Assembly: GCA_963675245.1 (NCBI GenBank)
Contig: OY775910.1
Span: forward strand, 1,562,301-1,626,300
Direction of reading: 5' to 3'
Source: Acholeplasmataceae bacterium
GTDB lineage: Bacteria > Bacillota_I > Bacilli_A > Acholeplasmatales > Acholeplasmataceae
DNA: 64,000 nucleotides
Made by a program: the position numbers and the translations under genes. Below the pieces are notes generated by a model that saw only the letters and a program-made list of their open reading frames with translations, did no database searches and was not told the origin of the DNA. Each line of letters begins with the position of its first letter. The stretch's first letter is position 1. This document shows, piece by piece, positions 1-11,313 of this stretch.

Positions 1-251
1 ATCTCATATCCTTCAGCTAAATACTGCTCAAAAAAAGCTAGAAATTGACCAGGTGAAATGGCTGCAGTTTTCGGTATTTCCTTTTTTTCATTAACGATAT
101 CATACAATTCTTTTGTGGTTAAATCGATACCGTCACGATAACTATCTTCACCAAATTGAACAAGCAATGGTAAAGAATGAATCATTCTCTCTTCCCTTAT
201 CTCACTACTAAGGTCAGCTGTTGAATCCGTTAAAATTAATACACGTTTCAT
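1..251 (-). CDS. DegV (FakB) family fatty-acid-binding protein, 5' part; runs off the window start
   Basis: Manual translation from ATG at 251 (ATGA overlap with the ysxC stop): MKRVLILTDSTADLS...SYRDGIDLT...PKTAAISPGQF, matching the DegV N-terminal TDS and PKT motifs. Not in the ORF track. Confidence 0.9.
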   Translation of the reverse strand, partial: MKRVLILTDSTADLSSEIREERMIHSLPLLVQFGEDSYRDGIDLTTKELYDIVNEKKEIPKTAAISPGQFLAFFEQYLAEGYE

Positions 252-832
252 TCATGCATCTTCCCCTCTTCAAGAATTTCATCAAATAGTGCCATCGCAC
301 CAATTTGATTAATGCGTTTGGTATTACTTATAGCAATCACAGGTATACCTAACTTTTTATGAATGATGTCGTGTTGTTTTTTACGTTTTGTTTTAGGGAT
401 TTGATCGACTTTTGTCGCGATCACGCCAACAGGCAAACCTGATTGTTTTACATTATTAATCCATTCAATATCTAGACTAGTTGGTCCAACTTTAAAATCA
501 ATTAACACGATAATACCCTTAAGGGGTTCAGATTCATTGATAAAATTCACAATCATTCTCATAAAGTTTTCGCTCATTGTTCTGGATCGTTTAGCATATC
601 CATAACCCGGTGCATCTACTAAATTAAATCGTTCATCAATCTGATAAAAATTAAGAAGCAAAGTTTTTCCTGGTGTACCAGAAGTCCTTGCCAAATTTTT
701 TCTATTTGTCAATCCATTGATAAAAGAGCTTTTACCAACATTTGATCGCCCCATAACGAGAACTTGTGGGAGGGAATCAGGTGCATCTACTACATTTTCG
801 ATACTTTTAATATACTCAGCTTTGTCAAACAT
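248..832 (-). CDS. ysxC: Ribosome biogenesis GTPase YsxC/EngB
   Basis: GRSNVGKSS, TPGKT, DAPGYG and TKVD G-motifs; downstream of lon. Confidence 0.95.
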   Translation of the reverse strand: MFDKAEYIKSIENVVDAPDSLPQVLVMGRSNVGKSSFINGLTNRKNLARTSGTPGKTLLLNFYQIDERFNLVDAPGYGYAKRSRTMSENFMRMIVNFINESEPLKGIIVLIDFKVGPTSLDIEWINNVKQSGLPVGVIATKVDQIPKTKRKKQHDIIHKKLGIPVIAISNTKRINQIGAMALFDEILEEGKMHE

Positions 833-865
833 AAAACCCTCCTTTATCTATAATTAGATTATAAC

Positions 866-892
866 AAAAAGTAGCCCAAAGGACTACTTTTT
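866..892 (-). terminator. Intrinsic terminator-like hairpin after lon
   Basis: AAAAAGTAGCC-caaa-GGACTACTTTTT with A/T tails. Confidence 0.7.
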
Positions 893-900
893 AATTCAAC

Positions 901-3210
901 TTACTTCAATGCATATTGAAATACTTGTTGGACATTTTCAACTGTAATGATTTTTAATGCATCTCTTACTTCTTCTGGAATATCTTCAATATCCTTTTCA
1001 TTTTCTTTAGGAATCAGGATTGTTTTTAGTCCAGAACGATGTGCAGCAATTGATTTTTCTTTTAATCCACCAATAGGAAGTACATATCCTCTTAATGTGA
1101 TTTCACCAGTCATCCCAATTTCTTTATTGACAAAACGGTGAGTAGCTGCTGAGATAATCGCTGTAGCCATTGTAATACCGGCAGATGGACCATCTTTAGG
1201 TACAGCACCTTCAGGTACATGCACATGGAAATCATTATTGTTAAAGATATCCGGATCAATACCGAATGCATCGGCATTCGCTTTAACGAATGATAACGCT
1301 GTTTGCGCTGATTCTTTCATCACATCGCCTAATTTACCTGTTAAAACGAGATTACCTTTACCTTTATAATAGGTCACTTCAACTGGCAATGTATCTCCGC
1401 CAAACGCTGTATAGGCTAAACCTGTAGCAACTCCAATTTGTTCTTTTTCATCAGCTAAGTTATGTGTAAATCTTGGTTTACCTATATAGGCAATAAGATT
1501 ATCCATCGTGATTTCAATTGTATCAATTTTCTTCATCAGAATATCTTTTATACCTTTTCTGATTAAAGCACCAATAAAGCGGTTTAATTCACGTACACCT
1601 GCTTCTCTTGTATAGTGCTGGATGATGTAGTAAATCGCGTCATCTGTGATTGAAAATTGATCGTCTTTAAGACCGTGCGCCTTCAATTGTTTTTTAATTA
1701 AGTGAAGTCTAGCAATCTTAAATTTTTCTTGTTCTGTATAACTAGATAGCTCGACAATTTCCATACGATCTCTTAATGGTGCTGGTACATTTTCTAAATA
1801 GTTCGCTGTTGTGATAAAGAGAACTTGTGATAAATCATATGGTTCTTCTAGATAGTGGTCAGAAAATTTAGCGTTTTGTTCTGGATCTAACACCTCAAGC
1901 ATTGCAGATGCTGGATCACCTTTATAATCAGATGACATTTTATCAATTTCATCTAATAGGAAGACTGGATTAACAGTTTTAGCATCTTTCATACCTTTAA
2001 TAATTCGACCAGGCATTGCTCCAATGTATGTTCTTCTATGACCTCTAATTTCAGATTCATCTCTAACGCCACCAAGTGACTGTTTGACGAACTTACGGTT
2101 TAATGCTTCTGCTATTGAAATTGCTAATGACGTTTTACCAACCCCTGGAGGCCCTGCCAAACATAAAATCGTTTGTGGATTTCTTCTTGTCATTATTTTA
2201 ACTGCGAGATATTCAATAATACGTTCTTTTACCTTATCTAGACCATAATGGTTTTGATCAAGTTTCGTTTGAACTTTATTTAAGTCATAATTATCTCTAG
2301 AAGCCTTTTTCCAAGGTAGGTCAATCAATAAATCCAAGTAACTTCTGATGATAGAAGATTCTGCCATCATCGAAGGTGTGGATTGATATCTTGCTAATTC
2401 ATTAAGTGCTTTTTCTTCAATCGCTTTAGGCATTTTAGCTTTTAATATTTTATCTCTTAGCTCATCGATTTCGTTTTCTTTTTTCGCTTTATCGCCTAAT
2501 TCGTTTTGAATCGCACGCATTTTTTCGCGCAAATAGTATTCCTTTTGATTTTCATCAATTGACTGCTTAATTTCATCATTAATTTTTTGTTCAAGATCTA
2601 AAATCATTTTAAGTTTATTAATATCTTCTAATAGCATTTTTAAACGTTTGTTTAAGTTTACCTCAACAAGATATTTAAACTTATCATTTTCATCAATTTT
2701 AAGACTATTCGCAATCAAATCTGCTACCTTTTCAGAAGGTAAGCCTTGTTTGATTTTATCTAGTGGATTACTGTTTGGAAGAAGGATTGATGACGAGTTA
2801 TTAACCACTTCTTCAACGACCATTTTAACAAGTGTCGCTTCTTCTTCAACATTACCCATTTCTGTTTCTAATTCTTCATATTCAACAACAAAGTATGGTT
2901 CAGTAACAAAGTAATCTTTAACCTTTACACGATTAATGATTTGTAACTTTGATTTATATGAGCCATTTGGCATTTTTATTTTCATATGAACCTTGACTAG
3001 TACACCAAATTCTTCAATATCTTCAGCTGTTGGTTTCTCAATCATAGGATTTCTTTGAATAATAACGATGGCATATGAACCGAAATTTCTTTCAGCTTCT
3101 TCTAATGCTTTTAAACTGATCTTACGACCAATTTCAATACGTATATCGTTATTTGGGATTGGCGTGACGCCGCGGACGACGATTGCCGGTAAACTTTTTG
3201 CTAGTTCCAT
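901..3210 (-). CDS. lon: ATP-dependent protease La (Lon)
   Basis: Walker [21 protein letters not shown], catalytic PKDGPSAG and PIGGLKEK. Confidence 0.98.
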   Translation of the reverse strand: MELAKSLPAIVVRGVTPIPNNDIRIEIGRKISLKALEEAERNFGSYAIVIIQRNPMIEKPTAEDIEEFGVLVKVHMKIKMPNGSYKSKLQIINRVKVKDYFVTEPYFVVEYEELETEMGNVEEEATLVKMVVEEVVNNSSSILLPNSNPLDKIKQGLPSEKVADLIANSLKIDENDKFKYLVEVNLNKRLKMLLEDINKLKMILDLEQKINDEIKQSIDENQKEYYLREKMRAIQNELGDKAKKENEIDELRDKILKAKMPKAIEEKALNELARYQSTPSMMAESSIIRSYLDLLIDLPWKKASRDNYDLNKVQTKLDQNHYGLDKVKERIIEYLAVKIMTRRNPQTILCLAGPPGVGKTSLAISIAEALNRKFVKQSLGGVRDESEIRGHRRTYIGAMPGRIIKGMKDAKTVNPVFLLDEIDKMSSDYKGDPASAMLEVLDPEQNAKFSDHYLEEPYDLSQVLFITTANYLENVPAPLRDRMEIVELSSYTEQEKFKIARLHLIKKQLKAHGLKDDQFSITDDAIYYIIQHYTREAGVRELNRFIGALIRKGIKDILMKKIDTIEITMDNLIAYIGKPRFTHNLADEKEQIGVATGLAYTAFGGDTLPVEVTYYKGKGNLVLTGKLGDVMKESAQTALSFVKANADAFGIDPDIFNNNDFHVHVPEGAVPKDGPSAGITMATAIISAATHRFVNKEIGMTGEITLRGYVLPIGGLKEKSIAAHRSGLKTILIPKENEKDIEDIPEEVRDALKIITVENVQQVFQYALK

Positions 3211-3248
3211 CGTTTATCACCTCTTGATGAGCATAATTATACGAGAAC

Positions 3249-3297
3249 AGTATAGCACGGTTTAATGAAATTTGCAATCATAAAGCATGAGTGCCAA
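3249..3297 (-). promoter_or_regulatory. sigma-A promoter of lon overlapped by a CIRCE (HrcA operator)
   Basis: Minus strand TTGGCACTC-N9-GATTGCAAA (3297-3271) vs consensus TTAGCACTC-N9-GAGTGCTAA; TTGCAA (3277-3272), 17 bp, TATACT (3254-3249) with extended TG. Confidence 0.8.
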
Positions 3298-3305
3298 TTT
3301 GATTA

Positions 3306-4586
3306 TTATACGCGCTTAGCAGCGTCCTTAACAAGGGTATAAGCTTTGTCAACTACGATATCTTTTTCAATTAAAAACGCAGGTAAATACTGTGTAACTT
3401 GTTCTGGTTTTAGATTGTACTGCTTCGCAAATTCATCTATCTTATTATTTAATTCTTCAGGTGTAGCTTTAAGATCTTCAGCTTTAGCTACTGCTTCTAA
3501 TACAAGTGTTAATTTAACACGTTTTTCAGATTCAATCTTTGCTTGAGTTTCAAAAATTTCTTGTGTAAAACCATACATTTGTAACATCATTTCATAATCC
3601 ATATTGTATTGTTGTGCTTGACGTTTAAAGTGTTCTACTTGTTGGTTGAATTCTTCTTTAATCATTGATTCAGGTACTTCAAATGACGCATTATCAACAA
3701 CTTTTGAGAATAGTTGATCAGTAAATGCTTGATCAGCTTTTTGTTCTTTTTGAGTAAGTGTCTCATTCTTGATAGACTCTTTTAGAGCATCTACTGTTTC
3801 AACACCTTCACGGTTAAGACCCTTAACCCATTCATCATTTAATTCAGCCTTTTTAGCGACTTTCACTTCATGAACAGTGACTTTAAAAACGGCGTCTTTG
3901 CCAGCTAAATCTGCTGATTGATATTGTTCTGGGAAAGTTACATTAACATCTTTTGAATCGCCAGCTTTCATACCAATCATTTGATCTTCAAAACCTGGAA
4001 TAAATTGACCTGAACCAATTTGAAGTTGATAGTTTTCTGCTTTACCACCTTCGAAAGCAACTTCATTAACAAAACCTTCAAAATCAAAAATGGCAGTATC
4101 CATTGCTGCAATAGGTCCTTCTTTAACTTCTAACTCAGCATTTTTCGATAATAATTCATTAACTGCTTGATTGACTTCTTCATCTGTCACTTCAGCAGCT
4201 TCTACTTTAACTTCGATACCTTTGTAATCTCCTAGTTTAACTTCCGGTTTAACATCTGATTCAATAATGACATCAAAACTCTCAGTAGTTGAGATTTTTT
4301 CTGCATCATAGTCAACACTAGGTTGACCAACTAATTCAAAATCAGGGTGGTTTTGTGCGTCATGATACTTATGATGAACGACATGTTCTAGTGCATCTGG
4401 ATAAAGCGATTCAATACCAAATTTTGATTCATAAACATTTCTAGGTACATGTCCTTTTCTAAAACCTTTAATTTCTACTTCGCCTTTTTTATGTTCAAAC
4501 GCATGGCCTAAACCATGTTCAAACTCTTCTGGTGTCACTGTAAATGTGAATTTCACACGATTTGTTGCAATTTTTTCTGTTTTCAT
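3306..4586 (-). CDS. tig: Trigger factor
   Basis: GFRKGHVP ribosome-binding motif and FKBP segment GSGQFIPGFEDQ; start moved to ATG 4586 behind an AGGAGG RBS. Confidence 0.97.
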   Translation of the reverse strand: MKTEKIATNRVKFTFTVTPEEFEHGLGHAFEHKKGEVEIKGFRKGHVPRNVYESKFGIESLYPDALEHVVHHKYHDAQNHPDFELVGQPSVDYDAEKISTTESFDVIIESDVKPEVKLGDYKGIEVKVEAAEVTDEEVNQAVNELLSKNAELEVKEGPIAAMDTAIFDFEGFVNEVAFEGGKAENYQLQIGSGQFIPGFEDQMIGMKAGDSKDVNVTFPEQYQSADLAGKDAVFKVTVHEVKVAKKAELNDEWVKGLNREGVETVDALKESIKNETLTQKEQKADQAFTDQLFSKVVDNASFEVPESMIKEEFNQQVEHFKRQAQQYNMDYEMMLQMYGFTQEIFETQAKIESEKRVKLTLVLEAVAKAEDLKATPEELNNKIDEFAKQYNLKPEQVTQYLPAFLIEKDIVVDKAYTLVKDAAKRV

Positions 4587-4715
4587 TTTTTTATTCCTCC
4601 TTGAGTCTTTTCGCTTTTCTATTATAGCATATAAATAAATATTATAAAGTGATTTAATTAAAGATTGCCATTTTTGGGGAATTAAGTTAAAATTAGGATA
4701 TTCGGAGGAATACAT

Positions 4716-5837
4716 ATGATAACAATTAAGGTAGTTAAATCCAACTTGGATGCTTGGCGATTCACTGAATTCCCTAATAAATTATACCGCGATGTAGAAC
4801 CCTTTGTACCTGCATTATCCATGGATGAAAGAAATGTCTTTAACCCTAAAAAAAATCCAGCTCATAACTATTGTGATAGTGTGCGTTACTTAGCCTATCA
4901 AGATGGCAAAATCATCGGTCGTGTCGCAGGTATTATTAATCATGATTGGAATAAAGCAAAAAATAGAAAAACTGTACGCTTTACAAGACTTGATATGATT
5001 GATGATATCAATGTTACAAAAGCTTTACTTGAAGCTGTTGAATCGTGGGGTAAATCAAACGGTATGGATGAAATTATCGGTCCTATTGGATTTACCGATT
5101 TAGACAGACAAGGTATGCTTGTTGATGGCTTTAATGAGCTGAATATGTTCATCACGATATACAATCACCCTTATTATATGAAACATATGACAACACTTGG
5201 TTACGCGAAAGATGTTGATTGGGTCGAAAAAAAAATAACTTGGCCAAATGAAGTACCTGAAAAAGTAAAAAGAGGTGCTAAAATTGCAAGAGATCGTTAT
5301 GGTTACAAATTAATTAAATGTGATCGTATTAAAGATGTTTTTCAATATATTTATAAAGCATTTGATACATACAATGAAGCATTTATGGATTTATATGGCT
5401 TTTATCCGATAACGAATAAGGTGATGGATTACTACATTGATCAAATGATTTCACTTGTCCAATTAGAGTATCTATGGTTTGTTGTTGATAAAGATGAAAA
5501 AGTAGTTGGTTTTGGATTGATTATGCCGAGTTTAGCAAGAGCTAACAAAAAAAATAATGGTAAACTTCTTCCCTTTGGCATATTTAGATTACTTCATGAT
5601 TTAAAGCATCATGATGTCATTGACTTTTATTTCATTGCTGTTGATCCAAGAAGTCAAAATCACGGTATGATGGCACTCTTTATGGAAGACGGTATTAAAG
5701 TTGGTGTCAAACATGGTGTCAAATACGCTGAAACTGGTCCTGAACTAGAAAACAACAAAGCTATTCAAAATCCGTGGAAAGATTTTGAGTATATACAACA
5801 TAAACGAAGACGTTGTTGGATAAAACCAATCGCATAA
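4716..5837 (+). CDS. YghO-like tandem GNAT-fold putative N-acyltransferase
   Basis: GRVAGIIN, GPIGFTDLDRQGMLVDGF, YNHPYY and NGKLLPFG motifs. Confidence 0.7.
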   Translation: MITIKVVKSNLDAWRFTEFPNKLYRDVEPFVPALSMDERNVFNPKKNPAHNYCDSVRYLAYQDGKIIGRVAGIINHDWNKAKNRKTVRFTRLDMIDDINVTKALLEAVESWGKSNGMDEIIGPIGFTDLDRQGMLVDGFNELNMFITIYNHPYYMKHMTTLGYAKDVDWVEKKITWPNEVPEKVKRGAKIARDRYGYKLIKCDRIKDVFQYIYKAFDTYNEAFMDLYGFYPITNKVMDYYIDQMISLVQLEYLWFVVDKDEKVVGFGLIMPSLARANKKNNGKLLPFGIFRLLHDLKHHDVIDFYFIAVDPRSQNHGMMALFMEDGIKVGVKHGVKYAETGPELENNKAIQNPWKDFEYIQHKRRRCWIKPIA

Positions 5838-5964
5838 ATAGGTTACTAATTTTAATAAAATGCTTTGAAATTCAAGACATAATTGTCCATATTTTTTAAA
5901 GCATTTTTTTTATTGTTGTATGTTATAATACTGCTATATATGCTTTTTGGGAGGAAATAACTAT

Positions 5965-7227
5965 ATGGATCATTATGAAGACCAAGGCATTAGTCTAGCT
6001 GATATCTGGGACAAATTATGGGCTAACAAATACTTAATCCTCATCATTACCTCAATCATAACACTAGTATTTGGTATTAGCTCTTATTATTTATTAAAGG
6101 GCTCACAAGTCACTGAAACAGGATTTGAATATAATTTTATGGGGGTCACTCAAAACCAATATCCAGATGGATCACTATTTGAATTTAGAAATTTGCTTAG
6201 CTATGATAAATTGCTAAGTGTTCAGTCATCTTCTGACTTGTTTGCTGATATTGATGTTGAAGCAATGTATCTAGATAATAATACAAGAATTGTTAGACAA
6301 AAAAACGTTAATTCCACTGCTTCAGATGTAGAGTACAGTAACAATCGCTATACTCTTTATATTCCAAATCAATATTTCAATTATGACTTCAATGTCGCAG
6401 AATCATTTATTATGACTCTCATTGAATCAATTATTGAAGAAGCAAGAGAAAAAAATCAAGATCTTGAAATTTTTAATTATATTGATTTAATTAATGACTC
6501 TGTTGAATATTTCGATATGGTTGATTATTTTAGTAGCCAATATCATTTAGTTATTGATAGTATAAGTAATTTTATTTCAATTTATGGTGACGTAACTTTT
6601 CAAGGTACAAATATCACCAATATGAAAGAACTCTTGCAGTTTGAATATGCTAACGGATACTCATTCTCTGATTTGCAGACAATTATTAGAACGAATCTAT
6701 ATTATAGAAATAGTACATTATATCTTAATCGTTTGAATGTTAAAATCGATGCCTTACAAGAAACAGTTGAACTCAATTCATTACGCATTGCAGAGTTAGA
6801 GGCGACTTACAATAACTTAGTTACAACGTCTAATCTACAACAAGCCAATCAAATCTTAATCGATATAGTCACATATAGAATTGCAAATGTTGATGCTAAC
6901 TATCAAATTAGTCTATATCAAGAAGTAATCGATCAAGCACTTGCTTCTGGTATGACATCTAACACGAGCCCAGAGTTTGAGTTATCAATCAATAATATGC
7001 AACAATTAATTGATGATTATACTGATCAATATAATAATTTCTATTTATCATATATTAATCAAGATACACGTGTGGTTTATGATCTCGGATCAGTATTGAC
7101 GATCAACGGTGGTTACTCTATCATCGTTACAGGAGTTGTTTCTGGCATCTTAGGATTATTTATATCACTTGTCGTTGTCTTTATTAAAGAATCTGAAACT
7201 AATAAAAAAGCACTTAAAGAAAACTAA
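5965..7227 (+). CDS. Wzz/polysaccharide co-polymerase-like membrane protein
   Basis: N-terminal ISLADIWDKLWANKYLI plus TM helix, large helical central domain, C-terminal Gly-rich TM; ATG 5965 after GGGAGG. Confidence 0.65.
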   Translation: MDHYEDQGISLADIWDKLWANKYLILIITSIITLVFGISSYYLLKGSQVTETGFEYNFMGVTQNQYPDGSLFEFRNLLSYDKLLSVQSSSDLFADIDVEAMYLDNNTRIVRQKNVNSTASDVEYSNNRYTLYIPNQYFNYDFNVAESFIMTLIESIIEEAREKNQDLEIFNYIDLINDSVEYFDMVDYFSSQYHLVIDSISNFISIYGDVTFQGTNITNMKELLQFEYANGYSFSDLQTIIRTNLYYRNSTLYLNRLNVKIDALQETVELNSLRIAELEATYNNLVTTSNLQQANQILIDIVTYRIANVDANYQISLYQEVIDQALASGMTSNTSPEFELSINNMQQLIDDYTDQYNNFYLSYINQDTRVVYDLGSVLTINGGYSIIVTGVVSGILGLFISLVVVFIKESETNKKALKEN

Positions 7228-7279
7228 GTGCTTTTTCTTTATGGTAAAATAAAGTCTATACAACATATAGGAGCAACTT

Positions 7280-8986
7280 ATGAAACGATTTTATTTAAAG
7301 AATAGATATGCGGTTATAAACTTCTCAAGCTTATTATGCGATAGCGAAATTAAAATTATTTCCTCTCGTGCTTTTGAATACGTCTTAGCACAATTCATTC
7401 GCGAAAAACGCAGTAGTGATGACATCATTATTGAACAGATGAAGGGTATTTCACCTAAGATGGTTGTAAAAGCTTATAAATTACTTCTTTTGTGGTCTTA
7501 TGAGGAAGTTCATCAACTTCACCCCGATCTATCTCAATTACTTAACAAAAGAAATGAATTTTATCGTTTTACTGAATCTTTTTATGATTATTGGCGCAGT
7601 TTAGAACGCTATGGGTTTTTGCTTGGTGATAAACACTTTACAAAAGGTTATAAATCACGTGAATTGATTGCGAATAGCGATCAATTTAATGAACGAATTT
7701 TATATTTATATCGTACAATTGCAGAAAAAATTAAAAAACAATCTTATCTCTTATATCGTCAACTTCCTGCGGGAATTAATGCGACTCTCATGATCTACCC
7801 TCATCGCTTCACAAGAATTGAGTCCTATGAAGGTTTACAAGGTTTTCATTTTATTCAACAAGCTCTGATTAGACCACCATTTATGATTTATTCTAAAGCG
7901 AATACAAGACAAGGTATCTTTAAAGAAACATTAGTAAATCCTCTAAAAGATATGCACTTAAATAAAAATGATTACGTCGTCTATCCAATCTGGGTTGGAT
8001 CACTTCTGGCATTTGTTTATGTTCATATCGACTATATTCATCATGGTGTTGCATTATGCAATCTATTTGAACTAGCTGCTTATGATGATTATGTTGATCG
8101 AAAACCCGATTTAATCATGATTTTTGGCTTAGATCAGCATGACACTGATTTACATTATTATAAAGATATAGAGAACCAGATTTATGTTGGCATAGTGTCT
8201 TATAATGAATCCTATGATTATTTTGGTTACTTGAAGAAAATGCTACTAACACTTCATAATGTCTATATGATTGATCAAAAACGATTGCCTATTCATGGCT
8301 CTATGGTTAATATCTTATTAAAAAACGGTGAAGAAAAAAATGTCATAGTCATGGGAGATAGTGGCGCAGGTAAATCTGAAACACTGGAAGCATTAAGATT
8401 GAATGGTGCTGATTATATTAGATCCATGCGTATCGTATTTGATGATATGGGTATTCTAACACTAGAAAACGATAAACTGACAGCAAGTGGTACTGAAACT
8501 GGTGCATTTGTACGTTTAGATGACTTAGAAAGTGGGTATGCATATCGTGAAATAGATCGTGCGATTTTCTTAAATCCAGATCAAACCAACGCCCGTGTTG
8601 TTCTTCCTGTAAGTGACTATTCATTCATTAGTAAACAACATCACATTGATTTATTTTTATATGCGAATAACTATACGCCTTCTGATGATGGTTTAAGGTT
8701 ATTTGACAAGATGGATGATGCGTTATCAATCTTCATGCAAGGGAAGCGGAAAGCTAAAGGAACAACATCTGAAGTTGGCTTAGTTGAATCATTCTTTGCT
8801 AATCCATTTGGACCAGTTCAACAAGAACAACAAACAACAAAACTCATCTTGCAATTTTTCAGAAAAATGTATCAATCTAATATTAAAGTAGGTGAGTTAT
8901 TTACAGAGTTGGCTATTATAGGAAAAGAAAAAGACGGTCCTAAAAACGCATCAAAAAAACTATTAGAATATTTAATAATAAAATAA
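7280..8986 (+). CDS. PEP-carboxykinase/HPrK-like P-loop protein of uncertain function
   Basis: LPIHGSM, GDSGAGKSE and VFDD motifs in the C-terminal half. Confidence 0.7.
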   Translation: MKRFYLKNRYAVINFSSLLCDSEIKIISSRAFEYVLAQFIREKRSSDDIIIEQMKGISPKMVVKAYKLLLLWSYEEVHQLHPDLSQLLNKRNEFYRFTESFYDYWRSLERYGFLLGDKHFTKGYKSRELIANSDQFNERILYLYRTIAEKIKKQSYLLYRQLPAGINATLMIYPHRFTRIESYEGLQGFHFIQQALIRPPFMIYSKANTRQGIFKETLVNPLKDMHLNKNDYVVYPIWVGSLLAFVYVHIDYIHHGVALCNLFELAAYDDYVDRKPDLIMIFGLDQHDTDLHYYKDIENQIYVGIVSYNESYDYFGYLKKMLLTLHNVYMIDQKRLPIHGSMVNILLKNGEEKNVIVMGDSGAGKSETLEALRLNGADYIRSMRIVFDDMGILTLENDKLTASGTETGAFVRLDDLESGYAYREIDRAIFLNPDQTNARVVLPVSDYSFISKQHHIDLFLYANNYTPSDDGLRLFDKMDDALSIFMQGKRKAKGTTSEVGLVESFFANPFGPVQQEQQTTKLILQFFRKMYQSNIKVGELFTELAIIGKEKDGPKNASKKLLEYLIIK

Positions 8987-9010
8987 AAGGCGATTATAAT
9001 TCGCCTTTTT
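8985..9010. terminator. Bidirectional terminator between convergent genes
   Basis: AAAAGGCGA...TCGCCTTTTT. Confidence 0.7.
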
Positions 9011-10136
9011 CTATATTTGGAAATACTAATTTTTTAGAATCTTCTAATGTCATTAAAGGATAAACTACTTTATGACGTTCTTCTTCGGAAACAATCACAG
9101 GTCTTTTTTGATGAATAAGGAAATCAATTAATAATGTGATGATACCAATGATAATGATTGCAAAATAACTAGCAAATCGCCACATCATCATTGACCAAAA
9201 TAATCCAGTCCCCACTAAAACTGCTTCAAACAATAAATAGAATGAAAATTCGGATGCACCAGAGTTTCCTGGTGTAGGAATATAAGCAATCGCAGCGTAT
9301 ACAAACACACATAGTACAAAGATTTCAATATAAGATACAGCCATTCCAGTTGAAATAATGACAAAATACGGTATTGAAAATATTGCGAATTGATAAACTA
9401 ATGATAGTAGGAATGTAATGACTAATGTACGTTTTGATTTACCCATTTCTCTTAGGCTTGTTTTAAATCTCACAATAAAATAATCAATTTTTTGAATTCG
9501 TTCCTCAACGCTTTTAACTATTTTAAATTGATATAATAACTTTAGTACACCAATGCTTAATTTTCTACTAATGACTGGAAATACTGTAAACACTAATACC
9601 ACGAGTGGCATAGCAACCATGAAAAACGAACCAACATAAGCAGATACTCTTAAAAAATTAATCGTGACAAATTGACTACCAGTTATAAAAACTGTTATAG
9701 CAATTACAATAAATGCTAACTGATTCATGACAAACGAGGCGACTGGCATCAAACTTGAATCAGGACCAGATATACCATATTGATATAAATACATGATTTG
9801 GAATGGTTGTCCACCAGTACCAAGTGGTGTTACATTATCATAATATTTTCCAAATAATGCCGTTTTCATAGATACTCTAAAATGTCTTCTACCCTTTAAC
9901 TTATGACCTATCATGAAAAAGAACTTCATACCTTCAGCAAAGATCGCGATCACTGGACATAAAAACGCTAAAACAACAAAATACCAGTATTTTCCCCAAA
10001 GAGTCATCATACTGCCTAACCCTTCATCTGGTGTGTCATTAAAAATACTTCTTGCTATTATTACAACGATAACAATATTGAGTACTAGAAATAATGATGT
10101 AAATATAATTTTTCTAGTGCGACGCTTATTCTTCAT
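8994..10136 (-). CDS. Lysylphosphatidylglycerol synthase TM-region (UPF0104) flippase-like protein
   Basis: YYDNVTPLGTGGQP, IPTPGNSGASE and WRFASY motifs; multi-TM. Confidence 0.85.
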   Translation of the reverse strand: MKNKRRTRKIIFTSLFLVLNIVIVVIIARSIFNDTPDEGLGSMMTLWGKYWYFVVLAFLCPVIAIFAEGMKFFFMIGHKLKGRRHFRVSMKTALFGKYYDNVTPLGTGGQPFQIMYLYQYGISGPDSSLMPVASFVMNQLAFIVIAITVFITGSQFVTINFLRVSAYVGSFFMVAMPLVVLVFTVFPVISRKLSIGVLKLLYQFKIVKSVEERIQKIDYFIVRFKTSLREMGKSKRTLVITFLLSLVYQFAIFSIPYFVIISTGMAVSYIEIFVLCVFVYAAIAYIPTPGNSGASEFSFYLLFEAVLVGTGLFWSMMMWRFASYFAIIIIGIITLLIDFLIHQKRPVIVSEEERHKVVYPLMTLEDSKKLVFPNIEKGEL

Positions 10137-10265
10137 GTTAACCTCATTGAATGATGCGTATGTGACGATAGATATTATTATTATACTATATGACTACATC
10201 TAAATCTATCAAGTTTCTGGGAATTTCAAAGAAAAAGATAGCAAATCAATGCTATCTTAATTGAT

Positions 10266-11264
10266 TTATGAAACAACTGTAATCCAATGATCAGGATCCT
10301 CAATATCACCATATTGAATACCTGTTAATAAATCATATAATTTTGAGATGATAGGACCTATTTTATCATGATATGTCATGTGATAAACGATCTCATCATG
10401 TGTCACTGAACCAATTGGTGTAATCACTGTTGCAGTCCCACAAGCAGCGGCTTCTACGTAATTGGATAAATCTTTTAATGCAATTACCCGTTCTTCTGCA
10501 TGCATATTAAGTAAATGTGTAGCAATATACAAGACGCTGCGCTTCGTAATCCCATTGAGAATTGACTCAGAATATGGTGTATGTATCTCATTTGAAGCTG
10601 TGATGCCAATGAAATTAGCTGCACCTACCTCTTCAATATTTTGATGATAAACAGGATCTAAGAATAAGACATCTTGATAACCTTGTTCACGTGCTAATTT
10701 TTGAGGTAGCATACTCGATGCATAATTTCCGCCTGTTTTAGCTTGTCCTGTGCCTTTTGATGCCACACGATCATACTTACTCGTTACTAATGTCATTGGC
10801 TTTTGTTGTGAATCAAAATAAGACCCTACTGGTGAAACAATAATCGCGAATACATATGATTTTGATGGCTTAAGACCAAGATTATCCCCCACGCCAAATA
10901 AAACAGGTCTTATATAGAGTGTTCCTTCTCTATAAGCAGGTACATATGATAAATTCGCTTGTACAGTCTCAATAACTGCATTAATAAAGCGTTCTTCTGG
11001 AAACACTGGCATGACAATACGTTCGCAAGATCCTTTCATACGAGCAGCATTATCTTTTACTCTAAAAATTTGAACATGACCATCTTTTCTACGATACGCT
11101 TTTAAACCTTCAAAAACAGACTGACCATAATGAAATACTGTTGACATAAGCGATAAATTGATTTGATCACTGTCTACCAATGCGCCATCGTCCCATTTTC
11201 CGTCATCAAAGTAAGACACATATACTTTATCTGTCTTGTGATATAAAAAACCTTTACCTGCCAT
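10266..11264 (-). CDS. ilvE: Branched-chain amino acid aminotransferase
   Basis: HYGQSVFEGLKAY, LYIRP, PLP-Lys AKTGGNYA and ACGTA motifs. Confidence 0.95.
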   Translation of the reverse strand: MAGKGFLYHKTDKVYVSYFDDGKWDDGALVDSDQINLSLMSTVFHYGQSVFEGLKAYRRKDGHVQIFRVKDNAARMKGSCERIVMPVFPEERFINAVIETVQANLSYVPAYREGTLYIRPVLFGVGDNLGLKPSKSYVFAIIVSPVGSYFDSQQKPMTLVTSKYDRVASKGTGQAKTGGNYASSMLPQKLAREQGYQDVLFLDPVYHQNIEEVGAANFIGITASNEIHTPYSESILNGITKRSVLYIATHLLNMHAEERVIALKDLSNYVEAAACGTATVITPIGSVTHDEIVYHMTYHDKIGPIISKLYDLLTGIQYGDIEDPDHWITVVS

Positions 11265-11313
11265 ATTTTCCTCCGTTTAAAAAAGCGACTAGATGATATA
11301 GTCGCTTTGTTTA

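Noticed and set aside
947..3546. Short plus-strand ORFs antisense to lon and tig (and similar shadow ORFs across the window, e.g. 19357-19662, 37402-37803, 38527-38838, 57217-57735)
   Set aside because: They lie opposite well-supported genes, have the Ser/Ile/Phe-rich composition typical of antisense frames, and show no recognisable motifs.
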